Source: Ostreococcus lucimarinus (Eukaryota). From it: a DNA stretch of 64,000 bases. Numbering within the stretch: position 1 is the first letter of the stretch; every line of letters starts with the position of its first letter. A model generated the notes under the pieces. It saw only the letters and a list, made by a program, of their open reading frames with translations, ran no database searches and had not been told where the DNA came from. The stretch lies in the NCBI GenBank assembly GCA_000092065.1, contig CP000601.1; one strand, written 5' to 3'. Of this stretch, positions 9,435 to 19,441 are shown in pieces. Position numbers and translations under genes: made by a program.

Positions 9435-10667
9435 ATGGCACCACCGCACACCGACCTCCCGATCCGCGTGCTCGCGTGCGACGAGCTCGGATACGTCCGC
9501 GCGTTCGCCACGGACCCCGCCGCCGGCGGCGACGCGGCCGAAGACTTGACGCTGATTGGGAAATTCGGCGCGCTCGACCGCGCGCGACGCGCGGTGCGCG
9601 CGCGCGCGGTGTGCGAATTGCGCGGCGCGAGCGATGCGAGCGGACCGCGGGTGGTGTGCGCGCGAAAAGGCGGCGCGGTGGAGGTGATGGAGGCGAGGAG
9701 CGGGACGCGCTCGACGGCGACGTTGACGCTGTCGAAAGAAATCGTCGACGCGCACGCGTGGTGCGAGGGAGACGAGCGTGGAACGTCGTGGGAACGCATG
9801 CACGTCGTCGCCGTGCACGACGACGGTGAGGTTGGGGTGCATGGAATCGTGAATGAATACGGCGACGAAACGTGGCGAGAAACCGGGACGTTTCGAGCGT
9901 GCGGCGACGCGACGAGCTCCGATCTCGACGCAAGATTGGGGAGATTGGTGCTGGGAGGTAAGGGCCAAGGGAACGATGTCGTGGTGTACGACGTACACGA
10001 ACAGAAACGGACGTATAAGGCGAAACCACCTCCGCCAAATTGGTTGGGGTACCGAGCGCCGCCTTGGGTGAGCGCGACGTGTTTCGCGTCGACGAGCGAA
10101 TGCGCGCGCTTCTTCGTCGGCACGGGAGAGCATAGATTTAGACACTACGATACGCGCGCGGATAAGCGCGCGGTGCTGGACTTGGACGTCGGTAAGGGCG
10201 TGATCACGAGCGTGGCGAGCTCGGCGGATGGTTACGAGGCGTACGTCGCCAACGCTCGCGGGATGTTTGAAATCGTCGATCTTCGCGCGGGAAAAACGCG
10301 AGGGAAGTTTAAGGGAAACTCCGGGAGCATTCGTCAAGTCGCGGTCCATCCCGACGGCGCGCACGTGGCGTGCGCGGGTTTGGATCAATACGTGCGCGTC
10401 TACGACACCGCGACGCGCAAGTGCGTCGCCTCTGCGTACGCCAAGCAACCGCTCACGGCCATCGTCTTCGACGCCCACACGCCAGCGTTTGAGGCGGCGA
10501 GCGTCAAAAAATCGTCAAAAAAGAAGAAACGAGCGCCCGACGTCGACGACGACGACGCTCGCGCGGAAAAGAAAGCCAAGAAGAAGAAGAAGAAGATTCG
10601 CGAGTGCGCCGTCGCCGTCGACGACGCCGCGCCGAAGAAGAAGAAGAAGAAGAAATCCAAAGAATGA
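9435..10667 (+). CDS. NSA1: WD-repeat ribosome-biogenesis protein WDR74/NSA1 with a C-terminal Lys-rich tail
   Basis: N-terminal IRVLACDELGYVRAF matches the NSA1 start. Further on, RFRHYDTRADKRAVL, FEIVDLRAGKTRGKFKGNSGSIRQVAVHPDGAHVACAGLDQYVRVYD and PLTAIVF line up with the human WDR74 WD blades. The tail KKKKRAPDVDDDD...KKKKKKSKE is typical of the family. Confidence 0.7.
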   Translation: MAPPHTDLPIRVLACDELGYVRAFATDPAAGGDAAEDLTLIGKFGALDRARRAVRARAVCELRGASDASGPRVVCARKGGAVEVMEARSGTRSTATLTLSKEIVDAHAWCEGDERGTSWERMHVVAVHDDGEVGVHGIVNEYGDETWRETGTFRACGDATSSDLDARLGRLVLGGKGQGNDVVVYDVHEQKRTYKAKPPPPNWLGYRAPPWVSATCFASTSECARFFVGTGEHRFRHYDTRADKRAVLDLDVGKGVITSVASSADGYEAYVANARGMFEIVDLRAGKTRGKFKGNSGSIRQVAVHPDGAHVACAGLDQYVRVYDTATRKCVASAYAKQPLTAIVFDAHTPAFEAASVKKSSKKKKRAPDVDDDDARAEKKAKKKKKKIRECAVAVDDAAPKKKKKKKSKE

Positions 10668-10783
10668 CGCCACACGACGTTCAATTCCGTACGTTCAAGT
10701 TTAATTCTCTACGCTAGCGTTACACATTACTCGATACAACTCACGCGCGTCGCTTCGACCGCGACTCCGCGCGTCTCGCGCTC

Positions 10784-11119
10784 TCAGTGCACGATTTTCG
10801 CCCCCCCCCCGAACGCCCCCTTTCTCGCGAACCGCACCGCCATCGGCTCGACGACCCCTTCCCCTCGCGCCCACGCGCCCTCGCGCGCCTGTCTCGCCCC
10901 CTGCAGCGCCCACAGCACGACGCTCGCGATCGCCAACACGACGAGTTTCCACAGTTTGTTTCGCAACCGCTGCTTCATGACGCTCGGCGTCGGCGCGCCC
11001 ACGCGCACGACGTCGCCGTGCAGCAGATCGCGCACGCGCGGATGGAGCACGTCTTCGGGATCGACGCCGAGCGTCGACGGCGTCGCGCGCGCGCCCGCCC
11101 GCGTCAGCGACGTCGGCAT
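10784..11119 (-). CDS. Possible small single-TM protein (111 aa) between the NSA1 and HslU genes
   Basis: The ORF contains a clear hydrophobic helix, LWKLVVLAIASVVLWAL. It has no recognisable homology and could be a chance GC-driven ORF. Confidence 0.2.
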   Translation of the reverse strand: MPTSLTRAGARATPSTLGVDPEDVLHPRVRDLLHGDVVRVGAPTPSVMKQRLRNKLWKLVVLAIASVVLWALQGARQAREGAWARGEGVVEPMAVRFARKGAFGGGAKIVH

Positions 11120-11130
11120 GGCGCCATTGA

Positions 11131-11253
11131 GTGACGCGGGCGTCTCGACGCGTCGCGATGTCCCGGCGCGCGTTCGGCGCGCTCGCGCGCGCGTGGCGCG
11201 CCGCGCGCGACGCGGACGTCGACCAACGATGCGCCGCGACGCTCGCCGCGCGC

Positions 11254-11293
<40 letters not shown>

Positions 11294-12786
11294 AAACGCA
11301 CCGCGGCGAGCGACCCTACGGCGCGACGGGACCGTCGCGCGTCGCGAAACCGCCGAAACCGCCCACGAAGCGGTCGACGATCGACGTGACGATCGACGTG
11401 ACGCCCGCGGACGCGCGCGACGGGCGAGACGCGAGGGAAGAGGACGGACGCGGTGGGTTGACGCCCGAACGCGCGACGGCGCTGCTGGACAAGCACATCG
11501 TCGGACAGACGGAGGCGAAGCGGGCGTGCGCGGTGGCGCTTCGGAATCGATGGCGGCGACACAGGATCGGGAAACCGATGCGAGACGAAATCGTGCCGAA
11601 AAATATCCTGATGATCGGCCCGACGGGGTGCGGGAAGACGGAAATCGCGCGACGATTGGCGAAGATTACGGATTCGCCCTTCGTAAAGGTGGAGGCGACG
11701 AAATTTACAGAGGTTGGATTTCACGGGCGAGACGTCGATCAGATCATTCGAGATTTGGTGGATAATGGGATCGCGGTGACGAAACAAAAGATGCGCGCGA
11801 AGTTTGAAAAGTTTGTGGAGGAGTTGATCGAGAATAAAATTTTAGATTTTGTGTGCGGGGAGGGGGCCAACGACGAGACGCGCGAGGCGTTTCGGACGTT
11901 GTATCGAGACGGTACTTTGGACGATCGCACGATCGAGGTTGAGTTGCCGGATTCGGGTGGGCAAAACATGAAGATCGACCCGAGCGGGGGACCGATTCCC
12001 ATTCACGAATTAGTCATCAAGGTTGATAAATTGTTCGGAAACCGCAAGAGCACGTCCAAGCGTAAAATGACGGTGGCCGAGTGCAAACCTTTGATCGAAG
12101 AGATGGAGTTTGACAACTTGTTGTCCGCGGAGACGATCGCGAAAGAGGCGATCACGGCGGTGGAGAACGATGGGATCGTGTTCATAGATGAGATTGATAA
12201 GATTGTGTCGTCGAGCGATTACCGTCACGGCGCCGACGCGAGCTCCGAGGGCGTGCAGCGCGACTTGTTGCCGATCATCGAAGGCTCCGTCGTGAGCACG
12301 AAGCACGGCAACGTCAACACCGACCACATCTTGTTCATAGCCTCCGGAGCGTTCCACAGCGCGAAACCGAGCGACATGCTCGCCGAGTTACAGGGACGAT
12401 TGCCCATTCGCGTCGAGCTCAAAGGTTTGACCGAGCGCGACTTGTACCGAATTTTAACCGAACCGGAGATGAACATGATCGCGCAACAAAAGGCGCTCAT
12501 GAAGACGGAAGGGATCGATTTAGAGTTCACGAACGAAGCGATCGAGCACATCGCGAGCATCGCGGCCAAGGTGAACAAAACGGTCGACAACATCGGCGCC
12601 AGACGACTGCACACCGTGCTCGAACGCATCGTCGAGGATTTGTCGTTTGACGCGCCCGAGAGATATGCGAAATTCGTCGCGGCGGGCGGCAAAGGCGAGC
12701 TGCAGGTCAAGATTGGCGTCAAAGATATCGACGACGCGATCGGCAACATGCTCAAGCAAGAGGACTTGAGTCGATTTGTACTTTAG
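11131..12786 (+). CDS. hslU: HslU (ClpY) AAA+ ATPase subunit of the HslVU protease, bacterial type, with an organelle-style N-terminal extension
   Basis: Unmistakable HslU signatures: HIVGQTEAKRA, Walker A ILMIGPTGCGKTEIARRLAK, the I-domain, IVFIDEIDKI, GAFHSAKPSDMLAELQGRLPIRVEL, and RRLHTVLERIVEDLSFDAPE. The N-terminal roughly 100 aa are Arg/Ala-rich with a (T)13 run encoded by (ACG/GAC)n at about 11248-11293. Confidence 0.9.
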
Positions 12787-12831
12787 GGAAACGTTTCATC
12801 GTCATCGCTTGTTTTTTAATCACAACAATCA

Positions 12832-13691
12832 TCAGTCATCCATTTTACTACCATCGTCTGGATCGTTGCCCGTCGGCGACGGCGGCTTCGCGCCTTCGTC
12901 CATCGCTCGCGTCGGTCGCACGTAGCTGCTCTTATACCGGCGACCGCGTCGCGCGACGCATTCGTACAATCGCGTTTGGTACGAATCCGCGTCCTCTCGT
13001 TCGTCGCGCAGCAACTTGGTCGAGGCGGCGTACGCGCCGCCTGCCCGGCATTCAAAGCACACGATGCGCGTCGAACACCCCGCGTTCTTGCCCTCCCCGT
13101 GGATCGGAGGAAACACCTCGGGCGGTTGGCACCGTCCGTGAAACATTCTTTCGCACCCGACGCACTCGTGCAGCAAATCCGCCACCGTTCCGATGGACGT
13201 TTGAATCCCCCCCCCGCAGTTCCCGCACGTCCCGCGCGTCAAATCCTCCTCGTGCGCCGCCTCGTACTCCAAAAAATAATTCTCATACGCCGTCAGCATG
13301 CGATTCCCGCAATCCGTCATCGTGTGATTTTCGTAGTGATTAAACATGTTTCTGAAAATCTCCGCCGCCTTGATTCGCTCCTTCGCGCTCGTCCTCGACG
13401 CGAACCCCCCCAGCGAGCACACCTGTCGGTACAGGTGCAAGCAATCCAGCGGCGCACCCGTGCGCCCGACGACTCGATCCAAATTCGCCCAGCACTGCTC
13501 CCAATCCCGTCCTCGCTCCTGATGAAACCGCATCAAATCAAACGTGAAATCCTCCAGCGAGCACGCCGCCAGCGCCGGTCGTCGCCACGCCGCGCTCGCG
13601 ATCGTCCCGCGTCCGCGGCGCGTCCACGCCGGGCAAAACCCATCGTCGCCGTCGTCCCGTCCCGTCGGCGTCTTCACCGCCGTCGTCGCCG

Positions 13692-13728
<37 letters not shown>

Positions 13729-13818
13729 GCGCGTCCCGTCGTCGTCGTCGTCGCCGTCGATCGCGGTCGTCGTCGCGCCCGCGCGTCGCGCGTCGTCGTC
13801 GCGCGTCGCGGCGTCCAT
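12832..13818 (-). CDS. ARID (BRIGHT) domain plus PHD-finger protein
   Basis: ARID core: LDCLHLYRQVCSLGGFASRTSAKERIKAAEIF. A Cys/His-rich C-terminal finger follows: CGNCGGG...HECVGCERMFHGRCQPP...CFECR. The N-terminus carries poly-Thr and poly-Asp runs encoded by (GTC)n on the + strand. Confidence 0.6.
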
Positions 13819-13927
13819 CGTCGTCGTCGCCGACGCGACGCGCGACGCGCGTCGTCGTCGCGCGATGGCGTCGCGATTCGACGCGCGCGCGCGTCACATC
13901 GGCGCGCCGATCGAGGCGTCGAATCCG

Positions 13928-16538
13928 ATGTTCGGCACGCTCGGAAGCCTGTTCGCGAGCGGACCGAGGCTGAAGTACGACCTCGGGCGCGAGTTCGCGT
14001 GTCGCGCGTTCGGCGTGTGGACGCACCGACGCGGGACGTGCCAGGTGCGACGAACGAACGCGACGCGACGCGAAGGATGAGTGAATGAATGAATGAATGA
14101 ATGAATGAATGAATGAATGAATGCGTCTGATGACGATGATTGACGAAAGGAAACGCGCGCAGGAGACGGGAGAGGAACACTCGATATTCACGTTTCACGC
14201 GGACGTGAATCGCGATCAACAGCGGGTGAGGCTGGCGAAGAACGGGGCGCGACGGATGAAGACGCTTCGACACCCAAACGTGCTGCTGGTGAAGGACGTG
14301 ATCGAGATCGAGAGCGGGAACGAGCTGACGATACACGTCGTGACGGAGGCGGTGACGCCGCTGGAGGCGCACCTGCGGGAGGCGCCGATCGGGGGGGGGG
14401 GGAACGGGCAGAGGGATGATTATTTTTCGCTCGGGGTGCGGGAAATCGCGACGGCGGTGGCGTTCTTGAGCAACGATTGTAAGCTCGTGCACGGGGGGGT
14501 CGGGCTGAGCGCGGTGGTGGTGACGGAGCGGTTAGACTGGAAGTTACACGGGTTCGATCTGTGCAGCGAGCTGGAGAGCATCGGACACGGGGTGAACGGG
14601 GACGCGGCGCTCATTCGCGGGGCGTATCTGGTGCCGGATCAATACAAGCCGGAGGAGTACAGAAGGGGAGACTGGGTGATCATTCCCGAAGGGCCGCCGT
14701 GGGCGATCGACGCGTGGGGGTTGGGATGCTTGATTCAGGAGGTGTACAGCGGCGGCGCTCTGCGCGGGACGGACCAGTTGCGCGAGATTGATCAAATCCC
14801 AAAGTCGCTGCTGAAGGATTATCAGCGTCTTCTCGGCTCGCAACCTGCGCGACGGTACAACCCGAAGAAGCTCATCGAGAACAAAGAGGCGTTTTCGAAC
14901 AAGCTCGTGGAGACGATCACGTTCATCAACAACTTGGCGTTGAAGGATTCGATTGAAAAGGAACGATTCTTCGGCCACCTGCCGCGCGTGTTGGAGCAAC
15001 TCGCCCAGGCGCCCGTGCAAAAGAAAATCTTACCCATGTTGTGCGACGCGCTGTCGTTTAATCAAGCGCCGCATCAAGCCATCTTACCCATGCTCCTCGC
15101 CGCAGAGGAGGTTCCGCGCGATCAGTATCAAAAACTCGTCATCCCGACGGTCATGAAGCTTTACGAGGCGCCGGATAAGATGATTCGACTGGATTTGTTG
15201 GAAAATTTGACGCGATATGCCGACCACGTGCCGGATGCCATGATGGATGATCCGTTGTACGAACGTCTACAGACCGGCTTCGCGCACAACGACTCCAACG
15301 TGCGCGAGATGACGCTGAAGGGGGCGCTGACGTTGGTGCCGCGACTCTCCGAGCGCGTCATCACGGCGTCGCTTTTGAGGCATTTGAGCAAGTTGCAGAT
15401 TGATGAAGATCCGGCGATTCGCGCCAACACGACGATTTGCCTAGGAAACATCGCAAAGTATTTGAGTCAAGCGACGGCGAAGCGGGTGTTGCTGAACGCG
15501 TTCACAAGATCGCTCAAGGATGGATTTCCGCCCGCGCGACTGGCGGGTCTCATGGCGCTCGAGCACACGACGCAATATTATGAACCGTTAGAAGTGAGCC
15601 AGCGGTTGATCCCAGCGCTCGCGCCGCTCATGACGGACATCGAAAAAGACGTGCGAACGCGCGCGTTCACCGTACTTGAGTTGTACGTGCAAGGGTTAAA
15701 AGGGCACTCAGAGGCGCTCGAACTCGGCCCCGAAGCGGCGGCGGCGCACGTCGAGGCGCAACAACAGAAAGGGCACGCGAACGCGGCTAAACGCGCGGCA
15801 AACATGCTTTCGTGGGCTGTGAACATGGCAGCGACGAAAATAGGCGGACCAGATGACGCGCACGAACCGGTTGATCTTCAGAATGAACGATTGATGGCGA
15901 AATCATTCAGTTCGGCGGCGCCGCCGCCGAAGTTGTACGGCGAGAGCCCGCGAACTTCGACGCAAAACACGCCGGCGACGTCTCTTGGACCATCGCCTGC
16001 GAAAGCCATGACATCAAACGCGTACGACTCGAGTCGCCGAACGATCGAGGCGGCGGCACAAAAGGTGAGCGCGCTGTCCATGGGGAACGAAGACTTGGAG
16101 GACGACGACGACGACGGATGGGGCGATTTAGACGTCGTCGATCCCGCGGAAGAAGCCGCCCGCGCGCGATTGAACTCACGCGCGGGTTCGAGCGCGCGAG
16201 CGCCGATGAAAACATCCATACCCAAAGTGGCCAGTCACGAGAGCGATGGTTGGGGTGACGACGACCTGTTCGAGGACATGAGCGCTCCGGCGCCGCCGAA
16301 ACCGTCGGCGAAGCCGCCGTCCCAGGCGCCGCGCGCGTCGTCGGGATTCAGCGGTGCGCGGTCGATGGGGGCGACCGGCCACGCTAGTATCGGTGGTGTG
16401 CGCCGTCCACCGTCGAGTGGATCGCTCGGGGGCGGCGTGCGCTCGATGGGAGGCGCCAAACCGCCGCCGATGAAGCTCGGCGGCGCCAAGACGTTGTCGA
16501 AGAACGACATCGATCTCGAGGCCATGCTCAACGGATAG
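13928..16538 (+). CDS. SCYL1: SCY1-like pseudokinase/HEAT-repeat protein (SCYL1/NTKL); two exons: 13928..14044 and 14163..16538
   Basis: ORF 14121..16538 matches SCYL1 from SIFTF...RMKTLRHPNVL...HVVTEAVTPL through the HEAT repeats to the C-terminal PMKLGGAKTL. It lacks the first roughly 40 aa. That missing N-terminus, MFGTLGSLFASGPRLKYDLG...FGVWTHRRGTCQ, lies in another frame at 13928..14044 and matches plant SCYL1 (MFKFLKGVV...LKDLPYNIG...WGSWSHFRGTS). A phase-0 intron at 14045..14162 (GTGCGA...CTGAC-like...CGCAG) joins the two pieces in frame. Confidence 0.8.
14079..14123. repeat. (TGAA)n / (GAAT)10 tetranucleotide microsatellite inside the SCYL1 intron
   Basis: Direct reading: gaatgaatgaatgaatgaatgaatgaatgaatgaatgaat. 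Confidence 0.9.
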
Positions 16539-16614
16539 TTTTAGTTAGACCCTACGTTCTGTTTCGATGATGTACAACAGTAAACTACTAACGTCTATAT
16601 TCTTGATCCCATCG

Positions 16615-17454
16615 TCAGTGACGCTGTTGTTGGTAGTCCCCTTCGATGAGCGCTCCGTACATGGACAAATCGGTGTCGATGGCGCGTTTGAAGACTTCGG
16701 CGATGACGCCCTTCTCCGCGCGCTCGAGGTCGCGCTTGATCCAGTCACCACCGTCATCGATAGTGTTACCACCAGCGTCGACTTGCGAGTACAGATAAAT
16801 ATCCTCAAGCCTATGCGCCAGCAAACGAGCGCGCGCGATTTCCCAGGAAACCACGTACGGGTTCGCCTGCGGACGCGACGTGCGCACGGCGTGCAGCGCC
16901 GCTTCCAAATCAAACATCTTGACAAAGGTCAAATAACCGACCACGGTGAGCGATGCGCGATTGATCCCCGCCGTGCAGTGCACGTACGTGCGCTTACCCA
17001 TCGCTTGAAACGCCGCCAACTTCCGCACCGCCTCGGGTAACATCTTCGCCTGGTCCAGTCGATCGAAATCGCGCACGTTCACCTGCACGATCATCACTCC
17101 TCGTTCGATCGCTCGCCTTCGCACGCTCTGCCAATCGATCTCCATCGCCGCGTGACACAACGAGCACTGCAAGCACACGATCGCCTCCACTCCCGCTTCG
17201 TCGACCAACCGGTCCACGTCCTCCGCGTTTCGCGGGCACGACCCGATGAGCACCCGCGCGCGCGCCATGTCCTCCTTCGTCGGTTCCTCGATCACCCTTC
17301 CCCGCGTATCGAACATCACGTGATCCCAATTCAGCGTCCACGACCACGATCCCGGCGCCGGGGCGTCCCCGCCTCGCGGCGGTCGTTTCTCCTCCACGCC
17401 CGCCGCCGCGCTCTCCGCCGCGCGCTTCTCGTACCCGCTCGCCTCGTCCCTCAT
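16615..17454 (-). CDS. Dual-specificity phosphatase domain protein (HCxxGxxR catalytic loop), plant SEX4/LSF-like
   Basis: The C-terminal 279 aa of the long minus ORF 16615..19314 contain VHCTAGINRASLTVVGYL, the CX5R DSP motif, with surrounding DSP-fold residues. I verified the ATG at 17452-17454 (MRDEASGYEK). Everything upstream of it in that ORF is low-complexity antisense to the coiled-coil gene. Confidence 0.6.
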   Translation of the reverse strand: MRDEASGYEKRAAESAAAGVEEKRPPRGGDAPAPGSWSWTLNWDHVMFDTRGRVIEEPTKEDMARARVLIGSCPRNAEDVDRLVDEAGVEAIVCLQCSLCHAAMEIDWQSVRRRAIERGVMIVQVNVRDFDRLDQAKMLPEAVRKLAAFQAMGKRTYVHCTAGINRASLTVVGYLTFVKMFDLEAALHAVRTSRPQANPYVVSWEIARARLLAHRLEDIYLYSQVDAGGNTIDDGGDWIKRDLERAEKGVIAEVFKRAIDTDLSMYGALIEGDYQQQRH

Positions 17455-17752
17455 CGCGTCGTCGCTCGCCTCGCTCGCGCGCGTCACCGCGACGCGTCGC
17501 CGCGCGATCGCCCGCGCCTGTCGCCTCGCGTTCGTCGCGCGCGTCGCCCCGCGCGCGACGCGCGCCGTCGATCGTCGCGCGGCCGTTCGCGCCATCATCG
17601 CCGTCGCGATCGCCTCGCGCGTCCGAGCGTCGCCTTCGACGCGCGCGGTGACGCGCGCGAGGCGCGCGCGGCGTCTCGCGCGCGCTCGAACGCCCTGCGC
17701 GCGGCGTCGAGGCGCGCGCAGGGCGTCGTTCGTCGCGGAATGCGGCCGACGA

Positions 17753-19321
17753 ATGTTCGTGAAATGCGGCGACGAACGAGACATCGAGGCGCGCGCGACG
17801 CGACGCGCGACCCTCGCGCGCGCGCGACGCGAGCGACGGTCGATGGTTGTCTCGAACGACGCGCGCGCGCGCGAGGAGGACGTCGTCGCGCGCGCGCGCA
17901 GAGAAAATCGCGACACGGCGACGGCGCTGGTGACGATTTGGAAATCGCGATGCGAGGCGCTCACGCGCGATCTCGAGCACGCGCACGGAACGTACGAGGA
18001 GATAAAGAGAGAATTGTTTCGAGCGCGCGAGGACGCGCGAGAGGCGGCGGCGGTGCGAGAGGAGATGGAAAATGAGTTGACGAGGACGCGGCGGCTGTCA
18101 GAGTTGAATTCAAACGCGAACGCGAGCGCGGAGGCGGAGATTCGGTCGTTACGACGCGCGGTGGAGGAGGGAAATCGCGAAAGAGACGCGCTGGATGTGG
18201 AATGTCGCGCGTTTCGAGGAGAGTTGGCGGCGAACGCGGAGAACGCGGAGATTGAACGTGCGGCGGCGCGAGGCGCGCTGGACGGCGAGCGACGCAAGCG
18301 AGAGAGCGCGGAGAAGCGGGCGTCGAAGATGGAGCGAGCGGTGAAGGCGATGCGGGATGAATACGAGGCGAAGGAGAGACAGTTTTTGAATGAGCTCGAG
18401 CGCGAGCGAGCGGTGCGGGCGCGGTTGGAGGAGGAGCGCGTCGAGCTCGAAGCGGACAGACGGCGGTTTCGCGACTTTGAATCCATGTTGGCGGCGGAAC
18501 GCGTCAAAGTGGTGGAAGCGCACAGCGCTGGGAAAATCGCGCAGGATGCGCTCAGAGAGCAATTGACGAAGAGTGAAAATGAGACCATGGCTCTGCGGCG
18601 AATGATGGAGACGAGGTCGACGGAGATGGCGAACGCGGTGCGGCAGCTCAACGAAGAGCTCGCGGCGCAGCACGAAATCGTTGAACGCGGGATGGCGAGT
18701 CGCGTCGATGCTTTACGAGAGACGTTTGATGATGAACTAGCTCGCGCGCGAGAGCGTGCGAATGAGATGATTGAATCGGCTAGGAAAAGTGTGAAGGAGG
18801 CGAACGAGCGCGTGGCTCGCATGGAGTCCACAGCGACGAGAGCCGAGAACGTTTCTCGCAACGCGCTGATGAAATTGAAAGAAATCGCCGCGGCGTCGGC
18901 CGATACCGAACGCGAGTGCGCACAGCTACGCACAAATTTGCATGCCGTCGGGGAAATCAACGCAAAGCTCACGCGTCGCATCATAGACGGCGAACCTTTC
19001 GTGTTGGATGAGGAACTCGACGTCGTTCGCGAGCCCGGGGCGGAGATGAGCGTCAACACGCCGTCGCCCGCGAGCGAGAGATCGCGCGGTAAACCTGCAA
19101 AATTTGATACTCGCGACATCCAGCACATCCATCGCGAGTTACAAAACGAGCTCTCCAAGCTACGCGTCGAGCACGAATCCATCGCGCGAGAAATCGGCGG
19201 GAGCTCGGGCGCCGAGGGAGAATTTCTCGCCAAGGCGCTCGAGGACGCGCAAGAGCGCGTCGAGAGTAAAGCGCGCCAGGTGAAACTTCTCAACAAGACG
19301 ATACGCAGCGCCACGCATTAG
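17753..19321 (+). CDS. Long coiled-coil protein (Glu/Arg/Ala-rich heptads), function unknown
   Basis: ORF 17648..19321 starts at GTG and the first ATG is at 17753. It is continuous coiled-coil-like sequence (EELARARERANEMIESARKSVKEANERVARMESTATRAENVSRNALMKLKEIAAAS). The opposite-strand reading of the same DNA is Ser/Arg/Ala junk, so the + strand is taken as coding. Confidence 0.5.
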   Translation: MFVKCGDERDIEARATRRATLARARRERRSMVVSNDARAREEDVVARARRENRDTATALVTIWKSRCEALTRDLEHAHGTYEEIKRELFRAREDAREAAAVREEMENELTRTRRLSELNSNANASAEAEIRSLRRAVEEGNRERDALDVECRAFRGELAANAENAEIERAAARGALDGERRKRESAEKRASKMERAVKAMRDEYEAKERQFLNELERERAVRARLEEERVELEADRRRFRDFESMLAAERVKVVEAHSAGKIAQDALREQLTKSENETMALRRMMETRSTEMANAVRQLNEELAAQHEIVERGMASRVDALRETFDDELARARERANEMIESARKSVKEANERVARMESTATRAENVSRNALMKLKEIAAASADTERECAQLRTNLHAVGEINAKLTRRIIDGEPFVLDEELDVVREPGAEMSVNTPSPASERSRGKPAKFDTRDIQHIHRELQNELSKLRVEHESIAREIGGSSGAEGEFLAKALEDAQERVESKARQVKLLNKTIRSATH

Positions 19322-19441
19322 AATACGATTAGATGACTTAGAAGACGAAACACTGATGTGATGATGAGACCAATGACACAAAACATGACGACATTGACAC
19401 GATCTACGCTAAGGCTACTGAAGTGAATCGAGACGAGACGC

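Noticed and set aside
9022-10478. Minus-strand ORFs 9022..10038, 9318..10478 and 9383..10123 across the NSA1 gene
   Set aside because: They are antisense shadows. The + strand encodes a clearly homologous WD-repeat protein.
11131-12786. HslU as evidence of bacterial contamination or recent horizontal transfer
   Set aside because: It has the same extreme GC3 codon usage as its neighbours and a eukaryote-style N-terminal presequence with an (ACG)n poly-Thr tract like other genes here. Its flanks are eukaryotic genes on the same contig.
16615-19314. 899-aa minus-strand ORF spanning the DSP phosphatase and the whole coiled-coil region
   Set aside because: Only the C-terminal 279 codons (16615..17454) are protein-like and carry the DSP motif. 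The remainder is Ser/Arg/Ala low complexity that is the exact antisense of a well-formed + strand coiled-coil gene (17753..19321). It is a GC3-driven shadow ORF.
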